NCBI GenBank assembly: GCA_014905635.1
Contig: JABVCE010000037.1
Span: 124,001-188,000 of the forward strand
Source: Scenedesmus sp. PABB004
Taxonomy: Eukaryota
Direction of reading: 5' to 3'
DNA: 64,000 bases
Shown here: piece by piece, positions 23,470 through 35,375 of the stretch
Numbering within the stretch: position 1 is the stretch's first letter
How the letters are laid out: the number at the start of each line of letters is the position of its first letter
Position numbers and translations under genes: made by a program
Notes under the pieces: model-generated
Told to the model about the DNA's origin: nothing
Databases searched by the model: none
The model's input: the letters and a program-made list of their open reading frames with translations, nothing else

Positions 23470-25965
23470 TTACTTGAGCTCCTCCAGGAAGTCGGCCTCG
23501 TCCACAAACACCCACTTGTAGCCTGCAGGCGCCGGTCACCACACGCCCACAAGCCGCGGCGGCGGCAGAGCGCGGCGGGCGGCGGGCGGCGGGCGGGCGG
23601 CGGGGAGTGAGCGGGGCGGCGGGCACCGCGGGCCGAGGCAGGAGGGCCCTGCAGCGCGGGCGCGCGGCGCGCGCGCCGCGCCAAGCCCCAAGCCCTGAAC
23701 CGCGGCGGGTCTCACCGTCTGGGTCGATCGTGGCGGTGATCTTGGTGCCGATGCCCGGCACCGGCCCCGGCTCGCGCGACACGGTGTAGCCCAGCGCCTT
23801 GATCGCCTCTGGCGGGCGGCGGCGGGCAGCGCCCGCGGCGGCGGCGGCGGCGGCGTGGGTGTGGGTGCGGCGCATGTGTGTGGTGTGGGGGGGGGGGAGC
23901 CCTGCGGAGGGCGGCCGCGCGCGCAGCGGCGGGGCGCGGCGCGCACCCGCGGTCTTGTAGACGTCCTTGGTGCTCAGCGCGACCTGGCCAGCGGCGGCGG
24001 CGGCGGCGCGGCGGCGCGCGGGGTTGGCGCGGCGGGGCTCGAGGCCGCGCCGGCTCGGGCCGCCGCCGCTGCCGCCGCCCTGCACCACGCCGCCGCTCAC
24101 GCCACACACACGTGGCCCACCCACGCCGCGCACCCGCACCCCACACCCACGCCCGCCCCTAAACCTAAACCCTAACCCCCGCCCACACCCACACACATCA
24201 CACCTGGGCGTACGCGTTGCCCTTGGCGTACTCTGTCACGCCGTAGTTGTAGGTCAGCTCCACCACGCACTCGCTCGCCTCGTCGCCGTAGCCGAGGAAC
24301 GCGAGCGTGTACTGCGCGGGCGGGTGCGCGGGCGTGCGGGTGCGGGTGCGGGTGAGCGTGGGTGTGGAGCGTGTGAGTGTGGGTGTGGGGTGGGCGGGTG
24401 GGTGCAGGTGCGGGTGGGCGAGTGCGGGTGTGTGCGGGTGTGGGTGTTGTGGGCGCGTGTGTGGGTGTGTGGCGCGGGAGCACGGCGGGCGGTGCCGCAG
24501 GGCGGGGACGCGCGACCCACGGGGCCGCGGCGGCCCCGGGGCCGCACGCGCCGGCGCCGGCGCCGGTGCCGCGCGGGGTGCGGCGCACGCCGCACCTTGT
24601 AGTCTGGCACGTCGCGCGTGCGCAGCAGCTTCATGCCGAGGGCCTGCGTGAAGTAGTCAATGCTGCGCTGCAGGTCGCCCACGCGCAGCATCACCTGCGC
24701 GGCCCGGCCCGGCGCGCCGCGGCGCGGCGCGGTGAGGGGCGGCGTGCGCAGGGGTTGGGGGCGGCAGGGTCGGGGCGCCCGCGGCGCCCGCAGCGCGGCG
24801 CGTCGCGCCCCCGGCGCCCGGCGGCGCCCGCGCGCCAGCACCGCGCTTGCCTGGCAGAGGGGCTCGCGGATGGGCTCTGGGCGCTGGATGAGCTCCCACA
24901 GGTAGCCGGTGGGGTCGCGGGCAAAGGCGATGACGCTACTCCCGCCCTTCACTGGCCCCGCCTCGCGCGTGATCTGGTGGCGCGCCCCGGGCGTTGCGAG
25001 GTTTGCGGGGCGCCGCGGCGGGCGCGGCGCGGGGGTTGGGGGGCCGTCGGCGGCGGCCGCGCGGCGGCGGCGGCCGGGGGAGCGCGCGCGTGAGCGCGCG
25101 AGGAGGCGGGGGGTGCTCGGCGGCGCGGCGCGGCGCGGCGCGGCGCGGCGCGGCGCGGCGCGGCGCACCGTGCCGCCGCCGGCCTTGATCGTGTCGGCGG
25201 CCTTGTACACGTCGGGCAGCGCGACGCCAAAGTGGCCAAAGCCCTCGCCCAGGTCGTAGCTGTCCACGCCGTAGTTGTACGTCAGCTCGACTGCGCGCGT
25301 GACAGCGGGCGCGGGACAGCGGGCGCGTGACAGCGGGCGCGCGACGGCGGGCGCATGACGGCGCGCGCGTGACGCTGCGCCCCAGCGCCGCCCCGCCCCG
25401 CCGTCCTACCCCGCCCACACGCGTCTCAGCCCTCGGCCTCCAGCCCTCGGCCCCCGCACCCGCAAAGTGGGTCCCCCCCCTCCCCCCCCCCCCACACACA
25501 CCACCCGCACCCGCAAAGTGGGTCGTCTCCGGGCCGTACCCCAGGAAGGCGTTGCTGTACTTGTCGGACGGGATGTCGCGCTGGCGCAGCAGGCGCATGC
25601 CCTGCGCGGCGGGCAGGGGCGGCGCGCGGGGCGGCGTGCGGCGTGCGGCGTGCGGAGGGAGGGACAGGGAGAGAGTGAGGAGAGGGATGCGCGCGAGGCG
25701 GCCGCGGGCGCGCCCAATCCGATGCGGCGAGACACGCACCAGCTGCTTGGTGTAAAAGTCGATGTGCTTCTGCATGTCGCCCACCTGCACACGGCGGCGG
25801 CGGCGGCGGCGACGGCATCGGCGGCGCGCTACCGCGGCTGCGCCTGCGCCAGCAGCGCTGGCGCAGGCGCGGCGCGGCGCGGCGCCGCACCCGGTACACG
25901 GCGTGCAGCATGCGCCGGCTGTCCTGCGCGACCCACGCGGCGGCGTCGGGCGACGCGGCCGCCAT
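23470..25965 (-). CDS. GLX1: Lactoylglutathione lyase (two-domain glyoxalase I), about 10 exons
   Basis: RRMLHAVYRVGD, GMRLLRQRD..NAFLGYGPE..VELTYNYGVDSYDLGEGFGHFG, EPLCQVMLRVGDL, ELTYNYGVTEYAKGNAYAQ, DPDGYKWVFVD..LEELK*. Confidence 0.95.
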
Positions 25966-26511
25966 GGTGGTGTGGCGACGGCGCGGCGCGGGCCTGCGCC
26001 GGGGCGGGGGGGCGCGGGGTCGTGTGTGCAGCGGCGGCAGCAGTGGCAGCAGCGGCGGCAGCGCCGCCCGCCGCTTCGGCCGGCTCCCGCGGTCGCGCCG
26101 GGGCGCGGCTGCGCGTGCGGCATCCTGACCGTCCCTGGCACGCGTGGGCGCTGCGCACGCAGGGCTGCGGGCCCCGTGCGCGCGCGTGCGTGCGCGCATC
26201 GCACCTGAGGCGGAAGGGAGCTGCCGCGGCGACGCGGGTGAGCCTGCGGGCGCGATAGTTTGATGCGTGGGCACGCGTGCGCGCGCGTTCCGGCCTGGCG
26301 CGGGCGCACGCAGGCCAGCGCGCCCCGCACCGAGCAGCGCTGCGCGGCGCGGCGTGCGCGGCGCTCATTTCAGCTCTGCGCTGCGCGAATGCTGCGTGCC
26401 TGCTCGCGGTCGCTGCAGTGCCGGGTGGAGGAGCCAGGGAGCGGGCTTACAGCTCCAGGCGCCTCAACGACCCGCACAACCGCCGTCACAAGACCGCGCG
26501 CGCGCCGCCGC

Positions 26512-27883
26512 TCAGCGTGGCTTGGCGCGCTGCTTCTTGGCTGGCGGCCCGCCCGCGGGCGCCGCCACCGCCTTGGCCTTGGCCTTGGGCGGCGCCTTGG
26601 CCTTGGGCGGCGGCGCCGCGGCGGCGCCCTTCATTGGGCCCTTGGCCCGCCGCGCCGCGGCGAAGAGGCAGCGCTGCACGCCCACCGCGGTCCAGCCCCC
26701 GCCCGGGTCCTGCTCCGCGAGCCAGGCGGCCTTGGCCCGCAGCGCGGCGAGCAGCTGCTTGAATGCCTTGCCCGTGTACTCCCTGGCCCCGCCGGGAGGG
26801 GGCGGCGGGCAGCGCACAGCACAGCCGAGAGCGGGCGGGGCAGTGAGCGCGCCGCGTCGGCGCCCGCGCTCGCGCCGTTGCCGACCCACGCCCCGGCCGC
26901 CGCGCGCCCGGGGGCCCGCGCCCCGGCCGCCGCCCGCGGCGGCGCGCCCACCTGGAGCCGAGCGCCGCCTCGAGCGACTCGTCAGCCATGAAGGGCGTCG
27001 ACCCGCTGCCGTCCGCGGCCGACAGCAGCGCCGAGGCCGTGGCCGGGCCCACGCCCTTGAGCACCTCCAGCTCCGCGAGCGCGGCCAGCGCGTCGGCGGG
27101 CGCCGGCGCGCCGCCGCCGCCGCCGCCGAGCAGGCGCGCAAACGCGGCGCCGCTCGCGCCGCGCACCTGCTCCTCCTGCGCATGCAGCGAGCCGCGCGGC
27201 GCGCGGCGCGCGGCGTCAGAGCCTGCGCATCAGCGCCCGCCCGCGTGGCGAGGCGCCGCGGAGGCGCCGCACGGTCAGGGCCTTTGCCATGTCGAGCAGC
27301 CGCGGCCTGAACTTCTGCAGCAGCTTCCATTCCACCTGCGCGCGCCGCGGCCGCCGGTCGGCGCCGACCGCGGGCGCGCTCAGCGCGCTGCCACGCGCCG
27401 CGCCGCCCGCCGCGGGCGCGCTCAGCGCGCTGCCACGCGCCGCGCCGCCCGCCGCGGGCGCGCTCAGCGCGCTGTCACGCGCCGCGCTGGCGGCCGGCGG
27501 CTGCGCCGTGCGCCGCCGGCCGCCCGCTGCGCGCGCACCGTCTGTACGAGCTCCGACGCGGTCATGTACCGCTCGGGAGCGCGGGCGGCGATCGCGGCGG
27601 GCAGCTCCGTCTCGAACCAGCTGCGGCAGGCGCAGCAGCGCGCGCAGCGGCGGCAGCAGCGCGCGCAGCGGCGGCAGCAGCGCGCGCAGCGGCAGCAGCG
27701 CGCAGCGGCGGCGTGAGCGGCGATCGCGGTCGCAGCGGCCGGCCGCACACCCGGGCACGCGCCCGCGCGCCTGTTGAGCGCCATCAGCTTGGGCGAAGCG
27801 AGCTCAGCGAGCGTGCCCGCCGCACCCGCGCGCTCCGCCTGCCATGGCCCCGCGTCCGGCGCTGCCCAGAGCTCGGCGGCCAT
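26512..27883 (-). CDS. Helix-hairpin-helix DNA-binding/glycosylase-like protein, 5 exons
   Basis: ELVQTVEWKL..KFRPRLLDM, HhH motif LEVLKGVGPATASALL, PFMADE; basic NLS-like tail PPAKKQRAKPR; TGTAA on the minus strand at ~26447. Confidence 0.75.
27368..27488. repeat. Intronic ~39-bp tandem repeat (3 copies), plus a 21-bp repeat at ~27630-27710
   Basis: CGCGGGCGCGCTCAGCGCGCTGCCACGCGCCGCG repeated directly. Confidence 0.8.
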
Positions 27884-28164
27884 CGCGCGTTGCGAAGAGG
27901 GGGTTGGGATGGAGCGCGCGCGTTGCGAGGGGGGTGGAATGGAGCGGGGCGGCGCGCGCGGCGGCGTGGGGCGCAGTGCCGGCGTCGTCGCGCTGCGCTT
28001 GCGCCGCCTGGGATAACAACCCAGAGCACCGCTCTCCCACTCGCACCCGCCGTCTGGTCACGCAAAGCATTCGGCTGACCGGCGCGGCGCCGGCAGCGGC
28101 GCCGGCGCAGCCGCGGGCGGCGGCAGCAGCAGCGGCAGCGCTTGCGCCGTGCGTGCGTGCGCCG

Positions 28165-28894
28165 ATGGGGGACCCGCCCGCCCTGGCTGGCGCAGTGGAG
28201 CGGGGTGAGCTCCTACGGGGCGGGGGAGAGGCAGCCGTCGCGCGCTGCAGCGGCCGCTGATCGCGGCGCCGCCGCGCCGGCCGCAGCGCTGGCGGAGCGC
28301 CTGGCGGCGGCGCGCGCGCGGGAGCAGGCGCAGGCGGACGCGCTGCTGGCGAGCCAGAAGCACCTCACCTCGCACCTGCGCTCCCTCATCAACAGTGAGC
28401 CCGCGCGGCCGGCGCCGGCAGCGCGGCAGGGCGCCGCGCCGCGGTGCAAGCGAGCAGCGGCGGCGCCGGCCCACCGGCCCGCCCTGCCGCGCCGCGCAGG
28501 CCTGGACACCATCCTCGCGCTCAGCACGCCCCGCCTCAGCGCCGCGCAGCCCGAGGCGCTGCGCAGCGTGGCCGCGCGCGCCAAGGCGCTGCAGAAGCAG
28601 CTCGGCGGCGTGGCGGCGCGGCTGCAGCGCATCCAGGCGCACCTCCAGCCCGAGCAGCCGCGCCGCAGCAGCGGCAGCAGCGCCAGCAGCGGGGAGCGGT
28701 CACCGCTGGTGGAGGCGCCAGACCGACGGGAGCTGCCGGCGGGGGGCCCGAAGCCGCTGGAGCAGCCGGCGGAGCCACCGGACCGGCAGCAGGAGCAGCA
28801 GCAGCAGCGGCAGTTGGAGGAGTGCCCGCCGACAGAACGGCGGTCAGGCCACCAGCAGCAGCAGCAGCAGCAGCAACAGGACCCGGACGGCTGA
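28165..28894 (+). CDS. Small coiled-coil protein, possibly BLOC-1/BORC (Snapin-like) subunit, 3 exons
   Basis: ALLASQKHLTSHLRSLIN|..LDTIL..RAKALQKQLGGVAARLQRIQ helical pattern; family assignment is weak. Confidence 0.5.
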
Positions 28895-29132
28895 CGGCGC
28901 CGAGCGCGCTGCGGCCGCCCTCCGTGGCTGCAGCCGGCAGCGTGACAGGCGGAGCACGGCGGCGGCCGGTGCGCCAGGTGGCGAGTGACAAGGGGCTGCC
29001 CGCCCCGCAGGGCCGACCAGCGCCGCGTGCTGACCCTGCCGGCCGGCAACGCTGCGCGCAGAGCTCTCCCTCCTGCTCACCAGCTAGCTACCGCGCGCTA
29101 GCTAGCGAAGCAGTCACACAACTCGCGCCGCG

Positions 29133-30243
29133 CTAGCTCGGCCGGCTCTTGAGCGTGTTGGCGAGCCAGTCCAGCCCCTCGTACAGCCCTTCGCCGCGGA
29201 TGGCGATCGCCGCCTGCACGTGCCAGCGCCGGCCGCGCAGCTCAGACATGCCCAGCGCCTCGCACACCTCGGCCGGCGTCGCCGCGTTGCGCATGTCCTG
29301 CGGCAGCGCCGCCGGCGGCCGGGCGTCGGCGGGCGGGCGCCCGGCCGCGTCGGAGCGCCCGCCCGCTCGCTGCGTGCGCCGCCGCGCCGCCAGCCCCGCC
29401 GCCAGCCCCGCCGCGCCGCGCCTGCTTGTTGGCGAACACCAGCACCGCGCTGCCCCGCATGAGGGGGTCGCTCACGATGCTGCGAAACTCCTGCCCCGCG
29501 CGCCCCAGGCGGTCGCGGTCCTGCGCGGCGACCGCGGCGGCGGCCGCGGCGCGCCGTCGGCGGCGCGGCCCGCGCGCCGGCGCGCCTGCGCGGCGCCGCG
29601 CTGCGCCGCGTGCGCGCAGGCGGGGGCGCCGGCGCCGCGCGCCGCACCTGGGAGTCCACCACGAAGATGAGGCCGTCTGTGTTGTTAAAATAGTGCCGCC
29701 TGCGGCGCCCGCCGGGGGCCACGCGGCGGGCGGCAGGGGCGGCGTGAGCGGCGGGCGGGCGCGCCACGCGCGCTGCTGCCACCGCCGCCGCCGCCGCCGC
29801 CGCACCAGAGCGGGCGCAGCTTCTCCTGGCCGCCAACGTCCCAGACGGTGAAGAGCACGTTCTTATACTGCACCTTCTCAACGTTGAAGCCGATGGTCGG
29901 CACCGTGGTCAGAACCTGCGCCCGCGGCGAAGCGGCGGCGTCGCCGCGGCGTGGCCGCGAGCGCGCCGCCGCGCCGGGCGGCGGCCGGGGGCGCCGCTCG
30001 CGGCTCCCGCGCCCGGCGGCGCACCTCGCCGATATGGAGCTTGTAGAGGATCGTGGTCTTGCCCGCCGCGTCCAGGCCGAGCATGACCACCCGCATCTCG
30101 CGGTTGCCTGCGGCGCGCCGCGCGCGGGCGCGGTCGGCGCCTGCGCGGGGCGCTGCGCGCAGGAGCCGCCGCTGCCTGCGCCTTCGCCGCCGGCGCCGCC
30201 CACCGAAGAGCGAGTCGAAGAGCTTCGTGAACGCCTGCCCCAT
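29133..30243 (-). CDS. ARF: ADP-ribosylation factor GTPase (ARF-B-like), 6 exons
   Basis: MGQAFTKLF myristoylation start, [41 protein letters not shown]. Confidence 0.96.
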
Positions 30244-31369
30244 GGTGCCCGGTGACGCCCGCGGACGATGCTCGCCGTGGCCGGGCGCGGCCGGCGCCGT
30301 GCGGGCCCGCGCGAGCCGGGCGCCGACAGCAGCGGCCGTGCCGCTGCTGCTCCGCCGCCGCCGCCGCCGCCGCGCTCACAGCCGGGGCGGCCGCATGCGG
30401 GCGTCTGGCAGACTTCCCAATTCGCTTCGGTTCGAGAGCTGCGGCGTTGGGGCAGCGCGTGCACGGGACAGCAGCAGGCTCGCGTTGATGGCCGGAGGCG
30501 CAGGGGCCGCGACCCAGGGCGCTGAGCGGGCGGACGGTGGGTGCGGGGCGACGTTGTGGGTGATGATCGGGGCGCGCACGGCGGCCGCCGACCGCCGCCA
30601 CCGGCAGCGCAGGCGCGGCGGTTCGAGCGCGACGGCAGTGCCGGCGCAGAACGCGGTGGTCGCGGCTTCACCCACTGGTGTTACAGGCGCGGCGGCGGCG
30701 CGCCGCCGCCCACATTGTGTTGCCAACCAGGCGCAGTCCGAGGCGCGCGCGCGCACAATCGGGCTCCGCTGCGCGCACGCAATTCACGAACGCACATGCG
30801 GCGTGCCGCACGGCACGGCAGGTACACCAAGAATGAGGATGAGAATTATCGAAGCATGGCTTATTGCTTATTCGCGGATGCTCAGCTCCGCCGGACTGCC
30901 AAAACCAAGCCCGCGGCGCGAGCGCGGCGACGCAGCGCGGCGTCCCTCCACCGACGTCCCCCACCACCTCCGGCGCCCGCGGCCGGGCCCAGGCGCCCTC
31001 CCTGTGCGCCGCCCGCCCGACCGTGAGGCTCTCGCACCACCGCCCCCGGCACACGCCAATCAGTCGGTCACAGCCGGCGCTGAGCGCTGCTCAGGACGAA
31101 GCGTGCACGCCCCGCCATGCCACTCGTTGGGTTCGAAAGTGAGTGGTTGGTTGGTGTGCCGCATCATGGTTCACGGCCCAGGCGCCCTCCCTGTGTGCCG
31201 CATCATCACGCCGGTGCGGTCGACATGTGCCAGCCGGCGGGACATGTGTTCGCGATACATCTTGAAGCCCGCCAAGTGCACACGCAGCACCAGCAGCCAC
31301 GCCGCAGTGCCCCGCCCCGCCTACGCCCACTCCACCCACCCGTCCACGCACCCCGTCCAACTCGAAAGC

Positions 31370-33094
31370 TCAGGCGCCGCCGCCGCCGCCGGCCGCGGCC
31401 CGGTCGGCCGCCTGCGCCAGCAGCGTCTGCTTCTTGACGGCGCTCTGCCACCGCAGCCGCGCCTGCTGGCGCGCCGCCTCGGCCGCGGCCCACTGCTGCG
31501 CGGCGGCGGCGGCCGCCGCCGCCGCGGCGCCGCCCTCACCCCAGCCATCCTTGGCGTCGCCGGAGCGCTGGCGCTTGGGCGGCGGCGGCATCAGCAGCCG
31601 CTCGAGCACGCCCCCGTTGGGCGCGGCGGTGCCGGGCGCCGGCGGCGCCGGGCCGCCGGGCGCCGGCGGCTGCGGCTGGGCGCACGCGGCGCCCGCGTCC
31701 GCGGGCTCCGCACGGGCGCGCTTGCCCGGGGCGGCGAGGTCGGACCGCGCCTGCAGCAGCGCGCGCAGCAGCTGCAGCTTCTGCACCTGCTGGGCCTGCT
31801 GGGCCTGCTGGGTCTGCTGGGCCTGCAGGGCCTGCGCCTGCGCCTGCGCCACCGCCTGCGCCGCCGCCGCCGCCTGGCGGACTGCACCGGCCGCCTGCGC
31901 CTGCAGCGCGGCGGCGCTGCTCGCGCTGCTCCAGGCCGTGCTGCCGGCGGGCCCCACGAGCACGCTGCCGGGGGGCAGCTCCACGAACGAGCGCCGCGTC
32001 AGCTTGACGGCGCGCAGCGCCGGCGCGCCGCCCGCCGCGGCGGCGCCATTGGCGCTCGCCGTGGCGGCGCGGTCGGCGCCCGCCGCGCTGCAGCTGCTGG
32101 TCGGGCTGGCGCCCCCGCTGCCGGGCTTGCTGCCGCTGAGCGAGCCGGGCAGCACCACCGCAAACGGCGGCGGCGCGCCGGCTGCCGCCGCGACGTCGTC
32201 GCGTTCGCCACCGGGCTGGTGCAGCAGCACCGCTGCGCCCGGCTGCGTCGCCGCGGCGGCCGCCGCCTGGCGCTTGGCGTCCCGGTGCCGCACCAGGCGG
32301 CCAATGAGCAGCGCGAGCAGGGGGCTCTGCTGCAGCTCCGAGGCGAGGCGCAGCTGCAGCTCCTCCTGCCGCTGCTGCACGCGCCCGCCGGCCGGCGGCG
32401 CCGCCGGGCCGGCGGCGCTGCGCTGCTGCTGGCACGCGGCCGCGGCGGCCGCGGCGGCCGCGTCGTAGCGCTGGGCGTGGCCCGCGGCCGCCTCGGCCGC
32501 GCCCACCAGCTGGCTGGTGGTGGCGCTGGTCGTGGGCGCCGCGCGGCTGGCCGCCTCCTCGCCGCCCGCCAGCGTCGCCGCCGCGGCCGCGAGCGTGAGC
32601 AGGCTGTCGCGCGAGCCGCCGCTGCTCGCCTGCGGCTGGTGGTGATGGCCAGCGCCCGGCGCCGGCGGCGTCACCGGCGGCGAGCCCAGCGGCGTGTCGG
32701 ACGAGGGGGTGCCTCGGCCGCCGCGCGCCTGCGCGCTCGCGGCCGCCACCTCGAGCTTCGGCCAAGCGGCGGCTGTGCCCGTCGGCTTGCCCGGGCTGCT
32801 GGGCGCGCGCGGCGCCGCGGGCAGGCCGCCGCGCGCTCGCAGCTGCTGCTGCGCGCACTCCAGCTCGCGCGCCAGCTCCGCCTCCACCTGCGCCGCGGTC
32901 GCGCGCAGCGACGAGGCGCAGCTGCTGGTCTTACGCAGGAGCGCGTAGCCCACCGGAAGCGTGAAGCCCTCAGACGCGCCGCTCGCGGTGGCCGGCGTCG
33001 CGGCCCAGTAACCGGCCTGGTCCGCCGCCGTGCACGCGTCCGGCGGCTCGAACTCGCCGCTGGCCAGGTGGCCGCTGCGCATCAGAGGCTTCAT
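31370..33094 (-). CDS. Intronless low-complexity Ala/Gln-rich hypothetical protein (574 aa) with NLS-like PPPKRQR
   Basis: ATG-initiated ORF with coding-like codon use; TGTAA on the minus strand at ~30681 suggests a long 3' UTR. Confidence 0.6.
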   Translation of the reverse strand: MKPLMRSGHLASGEFEPPDACTAADQAGYWAATPATASGASEGFTLPVGYALLRKTSSCASSLRATAAQVEAELARELECAQQQLRARGGLPAAPRAPSSPGKPTGTAAAWPKLEVAAASAQARGGRGTPSSDTPLGSPPVTPPAPGAGHHHQPQASSGGSRDSLLTLAAAAATLAGGEEAASRAAPTTSATTSQLVGAAEAAAGHAQRYDAAAAAAAAACQQQRSAAGPAAPPAGGRVQQRQEELQLRLASELQQSPLLALLIGRLVRHRDAKRQAAAAAATQPGAAVLLHQPGGERDDVAAAAGAPPPFAVVLPGSLSGSKPGSGGASPTSSCSAAGADRAATASANGAAAAGGAPALRAVKLTRRSFVELPPGSVLVGPAGSTAWSSASSAAALQAQAAGAVRQAAAAAQAVAQAQAQALQAQQTQQAQQAQQVQKLQLLRALLQARSDLAAPGKRARAEPADAGAACAQPQPPAPGGPAPPAPGTAAPNGGVLERLLMPPPPKRQRSGDAKDGWGEGGAAAAAAAAAAQQWAAAEAARQQARLRWQSAVKKQTLLAQAADRAAAGGGGGA

Positions 33095-33165
33095 GACGCG
33101 CGCTGTTGCTCGATGCCAGCTTCGCTAGGCGGGCTGCTCTCAGCTCCCTCCGCGGCGGGCCTGGA

Positions 33166-33818
33166 TGGCGGGCGGGCCGCGCGGGCGCGGGGGCGGGCGT
33201 GAGGGGTCTGCCGGGCATCCATTGCGTTCTGCAAGCGGCGGGGAGGCCACCGCGGCGTGCTGGGACCCGGGGTACGCCCTGCTCGCGCGGGGGCGAGCCT
33301 GGCCGGGCACGCGCGCGGAGCTGCGTGCGCCAGCTCCGGCGCGGCCCGCCGAGCCTCAGCGGCGCGCCGGCGGCCGTTCCAAGCCTGTACCGACCTCCAC
33401 GCACCTCGCTGGCGCGCAAAAGAAAAAAAAAAAAGAGGGAGCCAACGGGAACGAGGGCGTTGGGCCAGTCGCGTGTGCTGTGCCGGTGGAGAGCCGCGAC
33501 GCGCGACGGGCGGGCAATTTGTGGCGCCGGGGCGCCGCGCCGTGACCGGTTCAGCGGGCCAGCAGCGCCGAGCCTCCCAGAAGTGGGGCGGGCGGCCAGT
33601 CGCCCGCCTCGCCGAGGCGGGCGCTCGTGCAGCCGGCGATCACCGGATCGGGGGCTTTGTAAGTTGATCGATGCGACGGCGCGCCGCGCGGCACCTGGCG
33701 GGCGGCCCTGACGAGTGTCACGGCGACAGCACGCGCGCGCCGGCGGCAGCTGACCAACCGCTGCCGGCTGCGAAGGACAGCACCAGGCCGGGCAGCTGCA
33801 CGGCGTCCCCGGCGGTGC
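33166..33818. repeat. Left arm of a ~650-bp inverted repeat (partner 36832-37474)
   Basis: Near-identical reverse complement, e.g. GATCGGGGGCTTTGTAAGTTGATCGATGCG versus CGCATCGATCAACTTACAAAGCCCCCGATC; the ORF track shows the same peptides on opposite strands. Confidence 0.92.
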
Positions 33819-33952
33819 ACGTCTGACGAAGCGGCGTGCAGCGACGCGACGGCGGGACTCGCGCGACGCGGCGTCTTGGCTCACTTTTCATGCCCGCGAG
33901 CAGCAGCGTGCGGGCCTTGGCTCACTTTTGCCCGGGAGCAATAGAATGTGGC

Positions 33953-35343
33953 TCACGTCCCCGGCAAGCACTTGACGCGCACGCGCTGCAGCTCCTGCGC
34001 CGTCCACTCGAAGCGGCTCCGCAGCGCGCCGAGCTCGGCCTGGCAGCCCGCCGCCGCGGCGGCGCCCGCCGCGCCGCCCGCGCCGCCCGCGCCGCCCGCG
34101 CCGCCCGCCGCGCCGCCGGGCGCGCTGAGCATGCCCAGTGTGAGGGGGCGGCCGGGGATGTGCCAGTAGGTGGCCGTGATCGCCACGCGCTCCTTGGGCA
34201 TCACGAAGATGCCCTCCTGCGCCCGGCGCCGGCGCGGCAGGGCGGAGGCGCGGCGGACGCGCGGCGGCGGCGTGGCATTGCCACATTCAAAGCCACCGAG
34301 GCTGGGGCGGGGCCGGCGCTGAGCCCTGCCCCCCCCCCCCCCCCTCCTGTGCACACCCACCCCACTCACGCACTCACCCACCCGCACACACCCATCCACC
34401 TGCACCGACACACCCGCGAAACCACCCGCCCGCACCTTGCGCGTCTCGAGGCCCTCCAGCCGGTGCAGCACCTCCATGCCGCGCGTGACGCGGCCAAACA
34501 CGGTGTACTGCGGCGCGCGAGGGGCGCAGGCCGGCGTGGCACGCACGCGCGCGCGCAGCCGCCACGCTCAGCCTCGCGCAGCCACGCGGCAGCGCGCGCC
34601 ACGCCGTCCCGCCGCCGCGCGCGCGCCGCGCCGCGCCGCGCCGCCGCGCCGCCGCGCCTGGCCGTCGAGGTGCGGCGCGGGGCCGAGCAGGAAGCTAAAG
34701 CTGCTGGCCCCGCTGTCGGGATCGTCGTATCGCCCCATCGAAACCACGCCTTCCACGTGCTTCACGCCCGCCTGCACCTCGAGCGGCACGCGCTTCTCGC
34801 CCTCGCGCTGCTGCGCGTCATCGAGGCGCAGCGCGCGGCCGCCGACGACGTCCGCGACCTGCGCGACAAAGCCGGCGTCGACGCGAAAAATGTGGTTGTC
34901 CGTGTACGCCCCGAGCGTCACCAGCCTGAAGATGTGCTCGCACGTCACGGGCGCCACCTGTCGTGGCGCGGGCGGCGCCGCGCGGGAACGCTCGCTGGCG
35001 AGCACGGCGGGCGCGCCGCCGCGCCCCGCCGCTGCCGCTGCGGCGCTCGGCAGGTCCAGCGGCGGCAGCGACTGCCACTGGACCTGTCGCGCTCGGCAGC
35101 GGCAGCGGCGGCAGCGACTGCGAGTCCAGCGGCAGCTCGAGGCCGCTGTCTCACGTCGGGGAAGAACGCGAACTCGATGTCGCCCCATCGCGTCTGGAAC
35201 ACCACGCGCTCGTCGGAGAGGCGCGGCCCCGCCTGCGGCTGCGCCTCCTGCGCGGCCGCGGCCGCGCCAACCGCCGCCCAGAGCAGCAGCAGCAGCGGCG
35301 GCGCCGCGCGGGGCGGCGTGCGGCTGCGGCGCGGCGCTGCCAT
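33953..35343 (-). CDS. Secretory-pathway cyclophilin-type PPIase (CYP23-like), 4 exons
   Basis: Signal peptide; ERVVFQTRWGDIEFAFFPD|VAPVTCEHIFRLV..HIFRVDAGFVAQ..GVVSMGRYDDPDSGASSFSFLLGPAPHLDGQ|YTVFGRVTRG..|EGIFVMPKER. Confidence 0.93.
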
Positions 35344-35344
35344 C

Positions 35345-35375
<31 letters not shown>

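Noticed and set aside
25966..26274. N-terminal extension of glyoxalase I from upstream in-frame ATGs
   Set aside because: Sequence looks like 5' UTR or intron (CAG|GTGCG donor near 26204); cannot be supported without transcripts.
31170..31300. Extra minus-strand coding exon (..LRVHLAGFKMYREHMSRR..)
   Set aside because: The upstream ORF already stops at 31370; no supported splice path or recognisable homology.
30053..33202. 1049-aa plus-strand ORF (and 33836..36715, 47445..50282, 50041..52917, 51512..53848)
   Set aside because: Arg/Ala/Pro-rich stop-poor frames caused by extreme GC; they are antisense to, or run through introns of, recognisable spliced genes.
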